Source: Chara braunii (taxonomy: Eukaryota > Plantae > Charophyceae). From it: a DNA stretch of 63,283 nt. The notes beneath the pieces are model-generated. The model was not told the origin of the DNA, did no database searches, and was given only the letters and a program-made list of their open reading frames with translations. The translations under genes were made by a program, and so were the position numbers. Location of the stretch: NCBI GenBank assembly GCA_003427395.1, contig BFEA01000029.1:1757567-1820849 (forward strand). Reading direction: 5' to 3'. Below are positions 1 through 12,687 of the stretch, piece by piece. How positions within the stretch are numbered: the stretch's first letter is position 1; every line of letters begins with the position of its first letter.

Positions 1-35
<35 letters not shown>
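1..35. repeat. (GT)n microsatellite
   Basis: Direct reading of the sequence. Confidence 0.95.
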
Positions 36-37
<2 letters not shown>

Positions 38-360
38 CCTGCCTGATATAAGATCACGTTGCCACTGTGTAAGCTGAGGTGCGATCCCACTTGAACTGAT
101 ACTGGCCGTCGATCTCTGTCATATACACACACACACAAGTTTTTTTTTTTTTTTTCCCCCACACACAAGTTTCACGCTGCCCGTACAACTATTATGCGGT
201 CTGCTGATCTGCATTAATGCGTGCCATCCTAGAAATCGCAGGGGCCGTGCTAATCTTTTTTTTTTTTTTTTTTTTTTTTTTTGTGCATGCTAATCTTCAT
301 GTTCTCTGTATGCTGAGCTCCTCGGTGTCCCTGTCTGCGTTCAGGCCCACGCTCTCTCGC

Positions 361-2400
361 TTTTTTTTTTTTTTTTTTTTTATGGAAAGTCTGTCCTTTA
401 TTGCCAAGGAACACATTAAAAAGAGACCGGGGACCTCACAATTCAACCCGGAGTTATCCTGGCAGCATCAGCCAGTTTCGCTTACGAGCCAAGCTCGCAG
501 AACTTCCCTTTGCTAGCACACTGGTAAATGTAACAGCTGGAAACCGGGTCCAGTGTCCCATCCAAAAAATACTTGCTTTCCAAAATCAACTTTAAAGCTC
601 ATGTAAAAAGGGCTCCAATGAGCCTAACTGAGAACCTGTCCCTATACAGAAGATCAAACATCAAGAACTGACTATCACAGGCCCTATACATCAAACAAAG
701 TTCCCCAGAAGAGAACTAATACGCAACAACACCTGACTCCTGTTTCGGGGGACTAACATAGTCCTCCTACAACCGACTCAGTCAACCAAGTAGGAAATTC
801 CATTTTCCCATCTGATGAGACTTTTGCACAATTCGTCATGGACCATGTCTTCAAAAACCAATAACGATTCTTCCTTCTCCAGTCCGCCCGAACAGCCAAT
901 CTGAGGGCCTCATTAATCCTGTTCTTTGTCCGGTGAAGGTTTATTTCCTCTTGCTGGAAGACCCGAGCGTTCCTCTCGGCCCACAGAGCCTCCATCACAA
1001 TCCCTCTACAGCACAAGGCCACATAGTTAACCCCAGCCCCAAAGCTGCCTTNAGTCTGAAGTTTACTGAATAATATGAACTCGTCACTCCAGATAAATTC
1101 CTGACTTAACCTCTTCCAAAATTCCTTCCACCACTCCCAGATTCTCATCGACATAGGGCAAGACAGCCACAGATGCATGGCTGTTTCCCATCCCCACTTA
1201 CAACGTTCACAAGTGGCAGGGATGTCCATACCCTTGCTATNCAACCAAGAGGCCGTTGGAGTAATCTGCAGAGATTGCAGCCACTGTAGTACTGCCTGTC
1301 TCTGTGACGGCATGGATTTTAATGCTTGCCAGAGTGTTAATAGATNTGCTTCCTCNACTGATCCAGACNATACCGGTGATACTTGGAGCTGANCAAGTCT
1401 CCTTAAGNCTGTATCNAGAGNTTTTTTCTTTACCCCATCCTGCTGAACNAGAACTCCCACCTTTGATCTGTACTGACAGACAGGCACCACTTGTTTGAGG
1501 GAGTTAGGTTTCCAACCGAAAAGTGCTGGTTCCACTATAAACTTCTCCTAAGAGGCCTTCAGTAACTGGCATGCAGTTCCTTTTCTTGTAAACTGCTCCA
1601 GTACTCTCACTTCCTGTAGGCCCCTNGTGGAACCAACTGTGTCCTCCTCCTTCCATGCCAAGGATCTGTTCTGGCCTCCAGCCTTAATCTCCCAAATCTG
1701 TATTTTCGTACCGGCTCTCAAGTCAGGCCCAACTATTTTCCAGAGTCTCTGTCTGTTACAAGGGTCCTCCACCCAACAACCTGCACTCAACTCACTATCA
1801 TTCTTAAGGGCATTAACCCAATGCAGTGGAACCGGCTGCTTTAGTTTGTTGTAGTTTTGTTCCACTCCTCTGAGCCGAGGTAACCGCCTTTTCACTGTTT
1901 TCAGGGGCAACCAATCTGAGGCTTCCCCATCCCACAGGTCTCGCATCTGCAGGATCCCATGTTCCACCCAGGACCTGCCGAAGGAACCAATGCTCCCATC
2001 CGCTTTCAATTCCTCCGAACCACTATGCAAGATATACTTATTTTCAAAAACAATTTGGTTCAAAATTTCTTCTCTAGATCTTGGTTCCTCCAACAACTGT
2101 GGGTGAATCTTCTTCCAGGCTTGTAAAATGCTCTTCCACAGTTGAGACTTCGGTCTCCTGGCCGCGTAGGAGGGGATCATTAGGCACAGGCAAACATGAT
2201 CCTGCTGCTGCGAAGACCATTCTTCCATCAGTATGTACTCGGCCAGGCTAATCCACGCTTTTTCTTCAGAAGAGAACATTGCAGCCACCGGCCATTTGGA
2301 CAGCAAAGCAATATTTTGCTGCATAGGATCAAGAACCCCCAGTCCTCCTTGATCCCTTGCCCCACAAATAAGCTCCCAAGCGGCCTACGCTCTCTCGTTT
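361..2400 (-). mobile_element. LINE-A: 5'-truncated L1/Tx1-type LINE (ORF2 C-terminus, 3' UTR, poly-A)
   Basis: ORFs 1548-2324 and 753-1535 align by eye with the ORF2 C-terminus of the LINE at 8061-11621 (ALLSKWP, RRPKSQLW, zf-RVT-like CERC..ETAMHLWLSC, WAERNARVF). The poly-T at 361-381 is the poly-A tail on the minus strand. Confidence 0.88.
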
Positions 2401-3136
2401 AGGAACTTCACAGACTGATACAGACTGATAATCCAGCCCACAGAGGGCTGAGAGGGGGCTACTCTGCTCTTCGATCTTTCCCTGTTGACTCTGTGTTGAG
2501 GCCTTTTTTTTTTTTTTTTTTTNNNNNNNNNNNNNNNNNNNNNNNNNNNNNNNNNNNNNNNNNNNNNNNNNNNNNNNTTTTTTTTCTCTCTTCCCCCCCC
2601 CCCTTCTACAGGGCCGAGGTCCCATTAGCAAAGAGGATCGGATTGAGCTCCTGAATCTGGACGTGCTGTCATCAGAGATGCAGAAAAGCAGTTCAATCTC
2701 GAGTTTCTGCACCTCTTCGCGAACAGGTCTAGATTCAGGCGTTCAACCCAAACCTTGTTGCCAGTGGGACCTCGCCCCAGAGGGCTACTTCGATCTCTCT
2801 CTGATGTGTCCGTTTTTGTCTTTTCTTTTTCCCTTGTACTCCTAATTTGGGTCGCATACCTTTGCTGAGCTCGCCGTTTTTGCTTCACCTTGGGCTCCAC
2901 CACTCACCATTCTACACGAATCGGGATGCCTTTCTCCTCCAGGTGCATTGGAAGGAGTCCAACATTTCGAATGTATCCGGACCACTACAGGCACGATGTC
3001 TGTCTATTTGTGAATGAACTGTGTGTGCATGCAGCAGTCGTTGCAGCCCGTCAGGAGCTGGGGGCTCGTGTTTTTTTTTTTTTTTTTTTTTTTTTCCCAA
3101 TCCCACCGCTGGCCCGGCGCTGGGGGCTGTTTGCTA

Positions 3137-3240
3137 CAGTCTTCCCCCGAATACAACGTACGGTCATTATAGCTGATTTAGACTAAAAGATGGACCAAAT
3201 TCGGCTATAATGACCGTGAGTTGTATTCGGGGGAAGGTTG
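3137..3240. mobile_element. 104-bp Tc1/mariner/pogo-type MITE
   Basis: Imperfect terminal inverted repeats of about 40 bp (CAGTCTTCCCCCGAATACAAC... / ...GTTGTATTCGGGGGAAGGTTG), flanked by TA at 3135-3136 and 3241-3242. Confidence 0.8.
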
Positions 3241-3616
3241 TAGTATGTGTCTACTTCAAGAGTGAGTGAGTTTGTCAGTATTTTTGTCAGACTGTCTGTC
3301 CACCAGCAATCTGTGCCCGTCCACCATTCGCCAAGATCTTGAATGCATCTGGATAGCAACGTGTCCAGATGCGCGCAAATCGTTGGCCTACGGCGAGCTG
3401 TGCAAGTAGGCCCTATGTGTCGTTAGAACCCAGTCCCTGCGCGATGCTGGGGGTCTTAAACCATAATTGGGATTTTCGTGTTTTTGGGACATATAAAAAA
3501 CAGACAGGGGACCGTTTCTCGATTTATGCATCCTGAAAACAACCTGTCCTTGAAAGCACAGGGGGCCAGCATCCCATCATTTGGAGTGACCCAACCGAAA
3601 TGAGCCAGGCACATGG

Positions 3617-3620
<4 letters not shown>

Positions 3621-3657
<37 letters not shown>

Positions 3658-3770
3658 GCCCCCATCAGTGTTAGTGATGCTGGTAAGAGCAGACATCACT
3701 AGCACCTTGGGGGGGGGGGTCCATATATTGGTGGGGAGCATCACTGCTGGAAAACGGTCCAGCGTCCCAT
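3621..3770 (-). mobile_element. 3' UTR and poly-A remnant of a LINE; target of LINE-C insertion
   Basis: Poly-T at 3621-3652. GCTGGAAAACGGTCCAGCGTCCCAT matches the 3' UTR motif at 536-561 and, reverse-complemented, at 12388-12411. Confidence 0.55.
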
Positions 3771-4441
3771 ATACAAACTGAATGAAACATACAAAAAAAA
3801 AAAAGCAAAAAAAACAAGGAAACAATGTGGAGGGTTCCTGCCAGCGTTGATTACCCTGGGATCCAGTGTATTAACTGAGCAGGAGATTAGAAAGAGGGGG
3901 GGAGAATCTCTTCACCCGAAAACAGGCGCCAGATACTAGCTGTTACACACTAATTCTTCCCTCCCCCAACATTGATTACCCTGGTAAACGAGTATTGAAC
4001 TGAGCAAAATATCAGAAATCAGAAAAGGCAACAATGGCGAGGGCGGACTCCGAGCGCTATTTTGGCGAAGCTAACGCTCCGCTCGAAGTGGCTGTCGTCA
4101 CCATGCTACGGCGGTGATTCGTCAACTCCCAGGTAACTGGGACGCCCCCCACCCGCCATAGTTAGGCTATGGTGGTTATGAGAGCTCCGCCGCTACCCCT
4201 TCCGGGGAAGCAACTGCTCACTGGTGGGCAGGGCAGTAGTCTCTCGCAGGGGGGCTCGGAGTTTCCGTGGCCTAGTCTGTTGAAACTGCCGCACATCCGC
4301 AAGAAGAAGAACTGTCAACCCTACGAAAAGTCTCGTGGGTAAGAAGCCTTTATACCTGGGCGGCATAATTACCCTGTACTTGTCCATAATTATTGAGGCC
4401 TTATATATATATATTGTCGCTGTTGTTTTGACACTGTATGT

Positions 4442-5881
4442 TTGATCTGGTCTGGACTCGATTCCGTCTCCTTTACGGCTGTCTCTCGTTCCGCTTTTAG
4501 GGAATCCGGAATGGAAACGAATCTTCCCAATTTGTACGCGGCGGACAGTACAGTCCCAGGTTCGGACACAAAACGAAACTACACGAATGAAGAGAAAGCG
4601 TATATTAGAGAACTGTTGGATGCTTGCTTTCACGAAGGACTTCTTCCATCGGGTCTGTGAATAGGCTCTACGGAACTGGGAGACAATTTTGCTAGACTGG
4701 ATCTCGATGAGGATTTCTCCGATGCCCAAACGGAATGGCTCAGAGAACACGCAGTTACCATTCAATTCCATCAGGAAGCGGGTAGTCTATCTAATGATAT
4801 CAAAAAGCAATTGGTGCGAGTGTGTGAAAACTCTTGGTACGATAGCGGGGATATCGACCTGGATACTAAACGGGGCCGTTATCAAAACGAAGGGAAAAAT
4901 CTTGCCTCATACGTGGCCGGCACCAAAGAAATCGCGGAATGGATGAGACAGGAGGGTGGAGTTTCAATCGAACTGAAAGGTAAAATGTATGAAGTGTCCT
5001 TCTTGTCGTGGATGGACCTAGCTGAGATGAAATTTTTCAAAACCACGGGGAAACCTAAGATTTTTTGGGTTTGCTGCCTAAACGTCCCAATGCAGTTGAT
5101 GGTGGCTCTTCACATTGCGGTTGAACGCAATTTTGGGAAGGTAATTAAACTTCACCCTTTTGAGGACTACACAGATGAGCCAGAACTAGGTAATGTCCGC
5201 TTTGATCTGGGTCCCCTGGCCGAGATGCGTGTCAGGAAGACAATAATCGTGGGAATCCCCAAAAAAGGGGAGTACCACGTAGAGGTCATATCGGCAGCCA
5301 CTCCCTGGTGCAACACGTGTCGTATGCACTACCACACGGAGATGGACACGTGCTGTTTGGCGAAGGAATCGGACCCCTTCGCTGACCCCTCTACGAAGGA
5401 GCCTCTCCCCCTCCCCCCCTTTTCTGGTTTTGTACCATGGGGCCAAACGGCTCCCACGTCCGGGTGGAACAGATACCAGAAACGAACAGGAGGGAAAGGA
5501 AGGGGAGCAGGGCAAAGTTCGACTGTGGGTAATTCAGGCCAAAAACAGAAGCCTGAGAAACCCACCTCACGGGATCAAAAGGGAGGGGGGAAGGGCAAGG
5601 GCCCCACCAGCAAATCAGAGATGAATTCATTGAGCAAGTCTGTCACAGAACAGAAAGTCAAACATACAGACTCTGTTCCTTCCTTATCGGAATCCTCCGA
5701 GAAATCGGAGAATTCTGATAGGGATATGAGAGATGCAGAGCACAGTCCGACGAACACAAAATCAACATTGATGCAGCAGATGCGGAAGCATCCAGAGCTT
5801 TGGAGGACTCGCGGAAAGGAAGCAAGGCCAAAGTCACGAAAGGCCCTAGCTCATCTCCACTCAAGAGGTCCCGATCCATGA
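4442..5881 (+). pseudogene. LINE-B ORF1 (gag-like, zinc knuckle), with an in-frame stop upstream of the 4811-5881 ORF
   Basis: PWCNTCRMHYH zinc-knuckle-like motif followed by a basic low-complexity tail; lies upstream of the endonuclease; homologous to 19690-20752. Confidence 0.75.
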
Positions 5882-6630
5882 TGAAACTCGGATCCCAAGA
5901 GCACAGTCGGAAGGGTTCCGGGGCGTCTAGTTCCAGCTCCAGTCTTGGCTCAAGCAGAGAATCGTCGGGGAATGACAGGGTTCACCGGAAAGGCTTAACC
6001 ACGTTGTCGGCAGCAGGCCCAGTACGTACGCTCTCAAAGGAGCAGATGGCTCTCCCTCGAATCCTGGTTCCGGTGATCTCAGTGGGAGGGGACAACCAGG
6101 TGGTTTTTTTTACCAGAACGAATGAGAACGGAGTAGTTTCCCTGCCAGCTACCCCCGTGGACACGAAAGACTGCCTAACTGAGTCGTTCATCTTACGAAA
6201 GGTAAGAACCTTGATCCACGATGGACTGTCGGTTAGGATGATTCCCGATCTGAGTGTTGGCATACACACGGTGGAAAGAAACAATGACCCGGTAGCTCGA
6301 CTATACCTGGCTTGTTTGGAGGGGAAAGTGGGTGATGCTCAGATCACGCATATGGAACAGGCAGGGTACACCTGGACTCCTCTCGTCCATCTTTCCTCCC
6401 CCGCTAATGAGAACCTGCACAGAATCAGCATTACTGATGGAATGCCTGCCACAGCAATCGCAGAATGGCTTGAAACTGCACCCCAAAAGGGAGTCCTCTT
6501 GGGGTCCTGCTTTTTGAGTTACCTGCGCCTCCCTTGGGAGCTTAATGCAAGTAAGAATAAAAGTAAGGGAAGCGCAGGGAGGGACCCCAAGATCAAGCCC
6601 TTAATGTCGTCCGCAAACCGAGTCCCCTAA
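5800..6630 (+). CDS. LINE-B extra ORF or frameshifted ORF1 C-terminal domain, function unknown
   Basis: 276-aa ORF between ORF1 and the endonuclease. A homologous remnant is at about 29640-29750 (KIFVPLILANCKG..MKLPTVDVD) and a positional equivalent is at 17207-17863. Confidence 0.6.
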   Translation: MEDSRKGSKAKVTKGPSSSPLKRSRSMMKLGSQEHSRKGSGASSSSSSLGSSRESSGNDRVHRKGLTTLSAAGPVRTLSKEQMALPRILVPVISVGGDNQVVFFTRTNENGVVSLPATPVDTKDCLTESFILRKVRTLIHDGLSVRMIPDLSVGIHTVERNNDPVARLYLACLEGKVGDAQITHMEQAGYTWTPLVHLSSPANENLHRISITDGMPATAIAEWLETAPQKGVLLGSCFLSYLRLPWELNASKNKSKGSAGRDPKIKPLMSSANRVP

Positions 6631-7068
6631 AGCACATAATTAATATAACCACTTGGAATGTCTGCGGTCTATGCGATACTGGAATAAGGAGGAAGAGAGA
6701 AAGACTCAAAACTTGGATGCATGAAAAGAAAACACACATTATGTGTTTGCAAGAAACCAAGTTAGATGAAGAACGACTCGCGGGGATTAACTGGTGGACT
6801 GACCCACAATTCTGGTCACCAGCGCGAGGGACCAAAGGGGGTGTGGGTATCTTGATTCACAAGGACCTGGAAATTTGCGTTACGGACAGCATGGCTGACT
6901 TGTGGGGCCGTTGGGTATGGGTCCAGTTTCTTTATTTTGACGAAATGTGGACAGTAATGTCCATCTATGTGCCTGCTACATATAATGAAAGAATAGCCTT
7001 TCTGGCAGATCTTCCGGCTATCCTACCGGATAGTCCCAATCTGCTAATTGCTGCAGATTGGAATACAG

Positions 7069-7834
7069 CTGGGTAGCACGGCGTACGTGTACGCGGGTTG
7101 CGCGTACACATGTACACATATTCCTGTACGCGACACGTACGCGCGTACACGTACTCCCGTACGTGGGAATACGTAAAAAAAAAAAAAAAAAAAACGTCAT
7201 CGAAAAAATCTGAAAAAACGTATGTTAGGAAAAATAATATTTCAAACAACTTTTGCCTGAGACTCATCTCGAGATTCTGTACCAAACTCGAGTTAAAAAT
7301 CAAAGACACAAAAACAAATAAATTTAAATAATTAAAAAAAAAACTAGGAAAAAAACATAAAAAAATAAAAACAAACTTCTATAACAAATATATGTTATGC
7401 AGAAACATGATACAAACAACTTTTGCCTGGGAGTCATCCCTGATTTCCCAACCAAACTGGAGTAAGAAATTAAAAACTAAAAAAAAGGTATTATTATCAT
7501 AATAATTAAAAAACTATTTAAAAATATATTTTTAATTTGTTAAGGTTTCTGATTTTTAAATCGAGCTTGGTCTGTAATTCGGGTATGACTCCCAGGCGAA
7601 TGTTGTTTGTATCATTATTCTGCACAACATACTTCTGTTTCAGATTTTTTGGAGTTTTTTTTTTTTTTTTTTTTACGTACGCGTACGCGTGATTTTGGGT
7701 TCGTACACGTACGCCGGAATACGTACGCGTACGCAGTGCGTATGTACGCCTGTCTCTTATACACATCTAGATGTGTATAAGAGACAGCGCGTACGCAGTG
7801 CGTACGTACGCACTGCGTACGGGGTGCTACCCAG
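7069..7834. mobile_element. hAT-type MITE inserted in the LINE-B endonuclease domain
   Basis: TIR CTGGGTAGCAC / GTGCTACCCAG; 8-bp TSD GAATACAG / GAAAACAG. Removing the element restores the DWNTVLN reading frame. CGTACG-rich subterminal repeats. Confidence 0.85.
7750..7787. other. Nextera mate-pair junction adapter (Tn5 mosaic ends), assembly artefact
   Basis: Exact CTGTCTCTTATACACATCT+AGATGTGTATAAGAGACAG, with a local duplication of the flanks. Confidence 0.97.
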
Positions 7835-10800
7835 GAAAACAGTTTTGAATGCTGGTTTATATTCCCCAAAAGTTGAACCTATTCGAGCAAACGGTCATTT
7901 ACTGCATATAGTTATAGAATCGCAGCAGTTAACTGATGCCTACAGAGCACTTCATCCGGATGCACAAGAATAAACGTGGCACGGTTCACAAGCCCCACCT
8001 GTAAGACGCCGCTTCGATTTCTTTCTAGTCAGAGGGACACTTTGGGACAGATGCCTGCGCGTGGAAATCGAAACAGCTTCTGTGTCTGACCATTATCTAG
8101 TAACAACAGAAATGGATGCTCAAAACCCATCCAAGGGGGGGAAGCCTCCCTTTCGGCTTAATACTGAACGCTTAAGAGATGACAAGCTGTTGGACTGGGC
8201 CAATAAGCACTGGAGAAAGTGGCAAGATGCACGTTTCTTATTCACCAATACGGAATCGTGGTTTGAAATAGGGCCGGATTTAATGAAAAACAATTTTGAG
8301 GTGTTCTCCAGGATTAAGGCAGTCGAAAGCAATCGTACGGAACAAAAACTGATATGTAGGATTAAGCAGGCAGAGGTCAATTTTGGTAAACACCCAATAT
8401 CAGACGCTTACTGGACGACAATACGGAAGAGAGCGATGACGGAGCTAGAATGTTTGGAAATCGCACAGCAGGAAAAGTGGAAGGCATGGTTATTCCAAAA
8501 AGGAATCATTACTAATGACCGCCTCAACCGAGACACATTTCGCAGGCTAATACTCAGAAAAACAAAACCTCTGGTTCGGAAACTGCCACACCCTTTCTCT
8601 AGCTCGACTCCGGTGAAATCTGACCCATTGGGCAAGAGTCAATATGCTCAACTCTATTTTGAAGATATTTTAACTACTAGACGTCCAAACGAATCTTTTC
8701 AAACAGATTTGAGAGAAAACTCAGCCTTTTGGTCTAGATCCAGAGCCAAGCTGACAAATGCAGGCAGACTGGATTTGGATCGCCCGTTTTCATTGGTAGA
8801 ACTCCGGTACGCCGCAGAGCAGATGGCATCCGGGAAATGCCCAGGATCAGATGGTTTGCCTGTGGAAGCTTATCTGGCCCTGTGGGATGCACTAGGCCCT
8901 TCTCTGGAAGAGGTATATAACGGGGTACTAACGGGGGGATCCTTGTCTAGAGGCATGCAAAAAGGGATCATCACGCTGCTATATAAAAAAGGTGACAAGT
9001 TAGATATTCGAAATTGGAGACCAATTTCATTATTAAACGTCTCATATAAAATTATAGCTAAAGTCCTGGCTCTACGCTTGGCCAAATACTTACCGGACTT
9101 GGGAGGGCCTGAGCAGGGAGCGTTTGTGAAACACAGATCTATTATGGACAATATAGTTGCTACCATCCAAGCACTCGAGGTTATAGCCCATGAGAACAGG
9201 GATGTGACTATTCTCCTAATAAATATGGAAAAGGCCTATGACAAAGTGGGTTGGGCCTTTGTAGGCACAACGCTATTGCATATGGGATTTGGCCTTAACT
9301 TCTGTATATGGGTCTCGATAATGTATTCGACTTTTACAGCGAGAGTAATGGTAAACAGTTACTTGTCCCAGAAATTTAACCTCTCCCGCTCACTGAGGAA
9401 GGGGTGTCTGCTAGCGCCCTTACTCTTTGTCCTATATTTGGAAGTTATGTTGGACAACATAAGATTCAATGACCAGATCACAGGGCTGGAACTGCATAAT
9501 AATTACCAATGGAAGGGAAACGCCTTGGCGGATGATTTGACAATAACATGTAGGAATGACAAAATCTCGCTGTTGTGTGTTCGTAACATACTTAATGACT
9601 ACTCATTATTATCTGAGACCTTTATAAATCTGAACAAGTCAGTGTTTTTTTTGCCTGCTCAATTTCACCTTCAAGTGGACTGGGGTATGAGGCGCATTCC
9701 CACGGAGACCTCTGACCATTACTTGGGGGTTCAAGTTTCACTCTCAGATAACTCGGACCTGCAGGACCAATTGTTGGTGGAAAAAGTTTGTCAACGAATT
9801 GATAAATGGGATTACACTCGTCACCTGTCGGTACTTGGTCGTGCCTTGGTGTTAACCTCGTCATCCTTTTCCATTTTGTGGTACCCCCTACAAGTCCACC
9901 GCCTGGGAGACCATGCGTACAAAAAGATAAGGAACAAAGCCTCTAAGTTCCTCTGGAAGCCTGAGGCGGAAGAGGATGACGGTTTTCTCTCCAAAATAGT
10001 CTGGGATTTTGTATCCTTTCCTAGAGCAGAAGGGGGGGTTGGGATCCTAAATCCTAAACATCATACTATTGCTCTTTTGGCTAAGTGGCCGATTAAAGCT
10101 ATCTTAGCCGACCACAAGCACGCATGGATTTGGCTTGCAGAGTATATCCTTAGTGTAAAATGGAACTTGTGTAACCCAGATGATGTTTGGTGCTGTATCT
10201 TTATGAAGTCATATAGCCAGAAGCGTCCGAAATCCAGGTTTTGGTGGGATATCATGTATGCATGGTCCAAGATCCTACCCGCCAACCTAGTACAACCGGA
10301 CTCCCTGGAAGAGGTACTTATGCAGCCTATATTTGAGAACGCTATGCTGTGTGACCCAGAAGACTCCCCCTTTTCAGCTCAGGATTCCCCTGGTTGCTTT
10401 GGGAAGGCATGGATTGAACGAGGAATCGTTCGACTGTTGGATCTGTGGGACACAGAAATAGGAGACTGGAGGACAGAAGCGGTCGTCCGCAGTCAGTTGT
10501 GTTACCTCCGTAATGTGGAAGAACACTTGGCGAATATTCAAAATGCAGTTCCTCCAAGATGGGCTCAGCTCCTTAATGGACACACAGGTGGAAGCCGTTG
10601 GCTCAAGGTAGCGGATACACAGCAACAACAACTACAGCAGAACCAGCAGCAAATGCAAGAGTATTGAAACTTGCTGGGGCCATAACCTAACGGAGAATAT
10701 GCAGTGGAAGTATGAACGGAAACAACAACTACATCTTTCGACAGACTCCTTCGCTTCAAGGAAAAAAAGCTAGTCATATCCTTAAGGAACACCACTCAGA

Positions 10801-11995
10801 TAGTAACAGACGTTAAACATAGAAGTGGAACCCCTGGGGGTTCTGATAATAATATAACGGACAGCTACCCAGAAGTAAGTTTAGTAGCTAAAGGAAAAGC
10901 CTTGCTGGTCATGGCCGTGAACTCCTCCTCAGTGGGTTGGACTGATCCGAAGACTCGGAAGTTTGTAGGCCTCAGTAGCTATTCTACCAAACGGGGAGTG
11001 GAACTCCTCAGACAAAAGTGTAAGAAGCAGGCGATAGATATAGTGTTGAAAAGAAAGAAGGAGCGATCGTTACCAGATATAGCAAGGAAAGACCTGCAGG
11101 CTCATTGGAAACAACTGAAGGCTCTTTCATCGCAACGTCAGGCCAGCATTCTTCTATTGCACTCACTGTTGGTGACAGCTTCGGCCGTGTGGCTACACTC
11201 AAGGGGTATGGAGGTCTCCACTACTTGTGGCCGGTGTAACTGGGCCTGGGAAACCACAAATCATTTGTGGCATGCCTGCCCCCTCTCGCGGAGAGTGTGG
11301 ACCTGGTGGGAACGATGGTGGAAGTAGATCACAAAGGACATATTTCCAGGGAATGAAAGCTGGGTTTTGAAAGGAATTCTACCGGGTGGTCTGTCTGCGA
11401 CAGTGGGCTGGGGGTATGTGGCTCAGGTGATCAGAGGTATCATTTACGGGGTCATCTGGACCGACCGTAATGAACAGGTGTTCAGGAACTCCTGCCTTTC
11501 GCTGAGAGCCATAATCAATAAAGTAAAGGCGAAAATTTGCCATACCATCATTGCCGACTGGAGGAGACGAACCCAAAGGAAAACTAGTGCAAGATCAGTA
11601 GGGTGGTTCTCGAGAACCTGAAATTTGAATGCTCAGTTGGTCCTGTTTAAACCCAATGGTGCTTTTCAGTTTCCCTCGTGGTTGCTGAAAGATGCGGAAT
11701 GAGAGTTCCTACCCCTCAGGGTTGGCTGTTCATTATCCGGGATAAATAGTGGTAGTGTCAGAAGCGTAGTCGGACCGCATTAGGTCCTTGAATAGGAACT
11801 AGTTGTGGAATAGTTTCATGAGTGGTTCCCCGGGTCCCAAGGGGTCTCGTAAAAAGCGAAACTGGGTAAGGCTCCCAGATTTTATTTTGTTTTCGGGCAG
11901 ACTGTGAGGACCCCGGCCTCAGGCAATTGTTATGTTTAATCTGAAGCCTTGGGCACTGGGCCCTTTTAAGAAAAGAAAAAAAAAAAGGCAACAAT

Positions 11996-12541
11996 AACCA
12001 AGAGCAGAAAGATATCTTCCCTCTGTCGTCTACTATTGCCAGACCTGTATTCCTCCCCCAGGTATCCTTAAACCATTTCAATTGATTAGCATTTAGTCCC
12101 CGAGATGTACGGGGAACGTTGTAGTACCCCACCCTGAGTAGTGAGTTTGGTCGTCCTTTGTTGTCGTAATGAGGATGTTTTTTTCTCCCTCAGGTTTGGT
12201 TTTCACATTTACCTGCTGGAAGTATGAGGTGTTGAGTCTGGGGGTTGGTTGGCATTTTGAAGTGTGGCAGGTAGATGTGTTTGAGAGCTTAGAAGCTAGC
12301 CCGGAGGCTTCCGAACTCCTCTCTTTATTTTCATGAGCTTCAGAGATCAACTTTTTTGGAGAATTTTTCAGAGGGTTAGGACAAGTTTGGGGACGCTGGA
12401 CCCGGTTTCCGGTACTGAGCCGAAGCTGGGTAATGGCCCCAATATATCCGGGTTGAATTGTGAGGTCACCGGCCTCAGCTTGTTTCTTTGTTCATAAAAG
12501 CTCACAAGTTTCTCCAAAAAAAAAAAAAAAAAAAAAAAAAA
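11996..12541 (+). mobile_element. LINE-B2: short LINE insertion with 5' inversion (twin-priming type) and poly-A
   Basis: About 11996-12093 is a reversed ORF2 C-terminus (WFKDTWG..GKISFCSWL), followed by a sense 3' UTR and poly-A at 12516-12541. Flanked by AAAAGGCAACAAT at 11983-11995 and 12538-12550. Confidence 0.72.
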
Positions 12542-12687
12542 GGCAACAATATTTTCATCGTACACAGATGTAACTCTCTTTAAGCGCCTGCATACCAAGT
12601 GGTCTCAACCATTGAGCTTGCTGATGGCGGAAAGGGATCAAGGAAATCAGAGAGAGGCCGCAATGGGGACGAGGAGTCAATTCTAGT

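Larger units (their letters stand above)
6630..11621 (+). pseudogene. LINE-B ORF2: APE endonuclease, reverse transcriptase and zf-RVT, split by a MITE and by stop codons
   Basis: TWNVCGL, CLQETK, ADWN and SDH endonuclease motifs; KCPGSDG, NWRPISLLNVSYKI, EKAYD, GCLLAPLLF and LADD RT motifs; CGRC..HLWHAC zinc finger. Confidence 0.92.
4036..11982 (+). mobile_element. LINE-B: near full-length L1/Tx1-type LINE
   Basis: TSD AAAAGGCAACAAT at 4023-4035 and 11983-11995. Contains ORF1, an extra ORF, EN-RT-zf ORF2 and an A-rich tail at 11968-11986. Confidence 0.88.

Noticed and set aside
7750-7787. Tn5/IS50 transposon ends suggesting horizontal transfer (also 21850-21887)
   Set aside because: Back-to-back 19-bp mosaic ends are exactly the Nextera mate-pair junction adapter.
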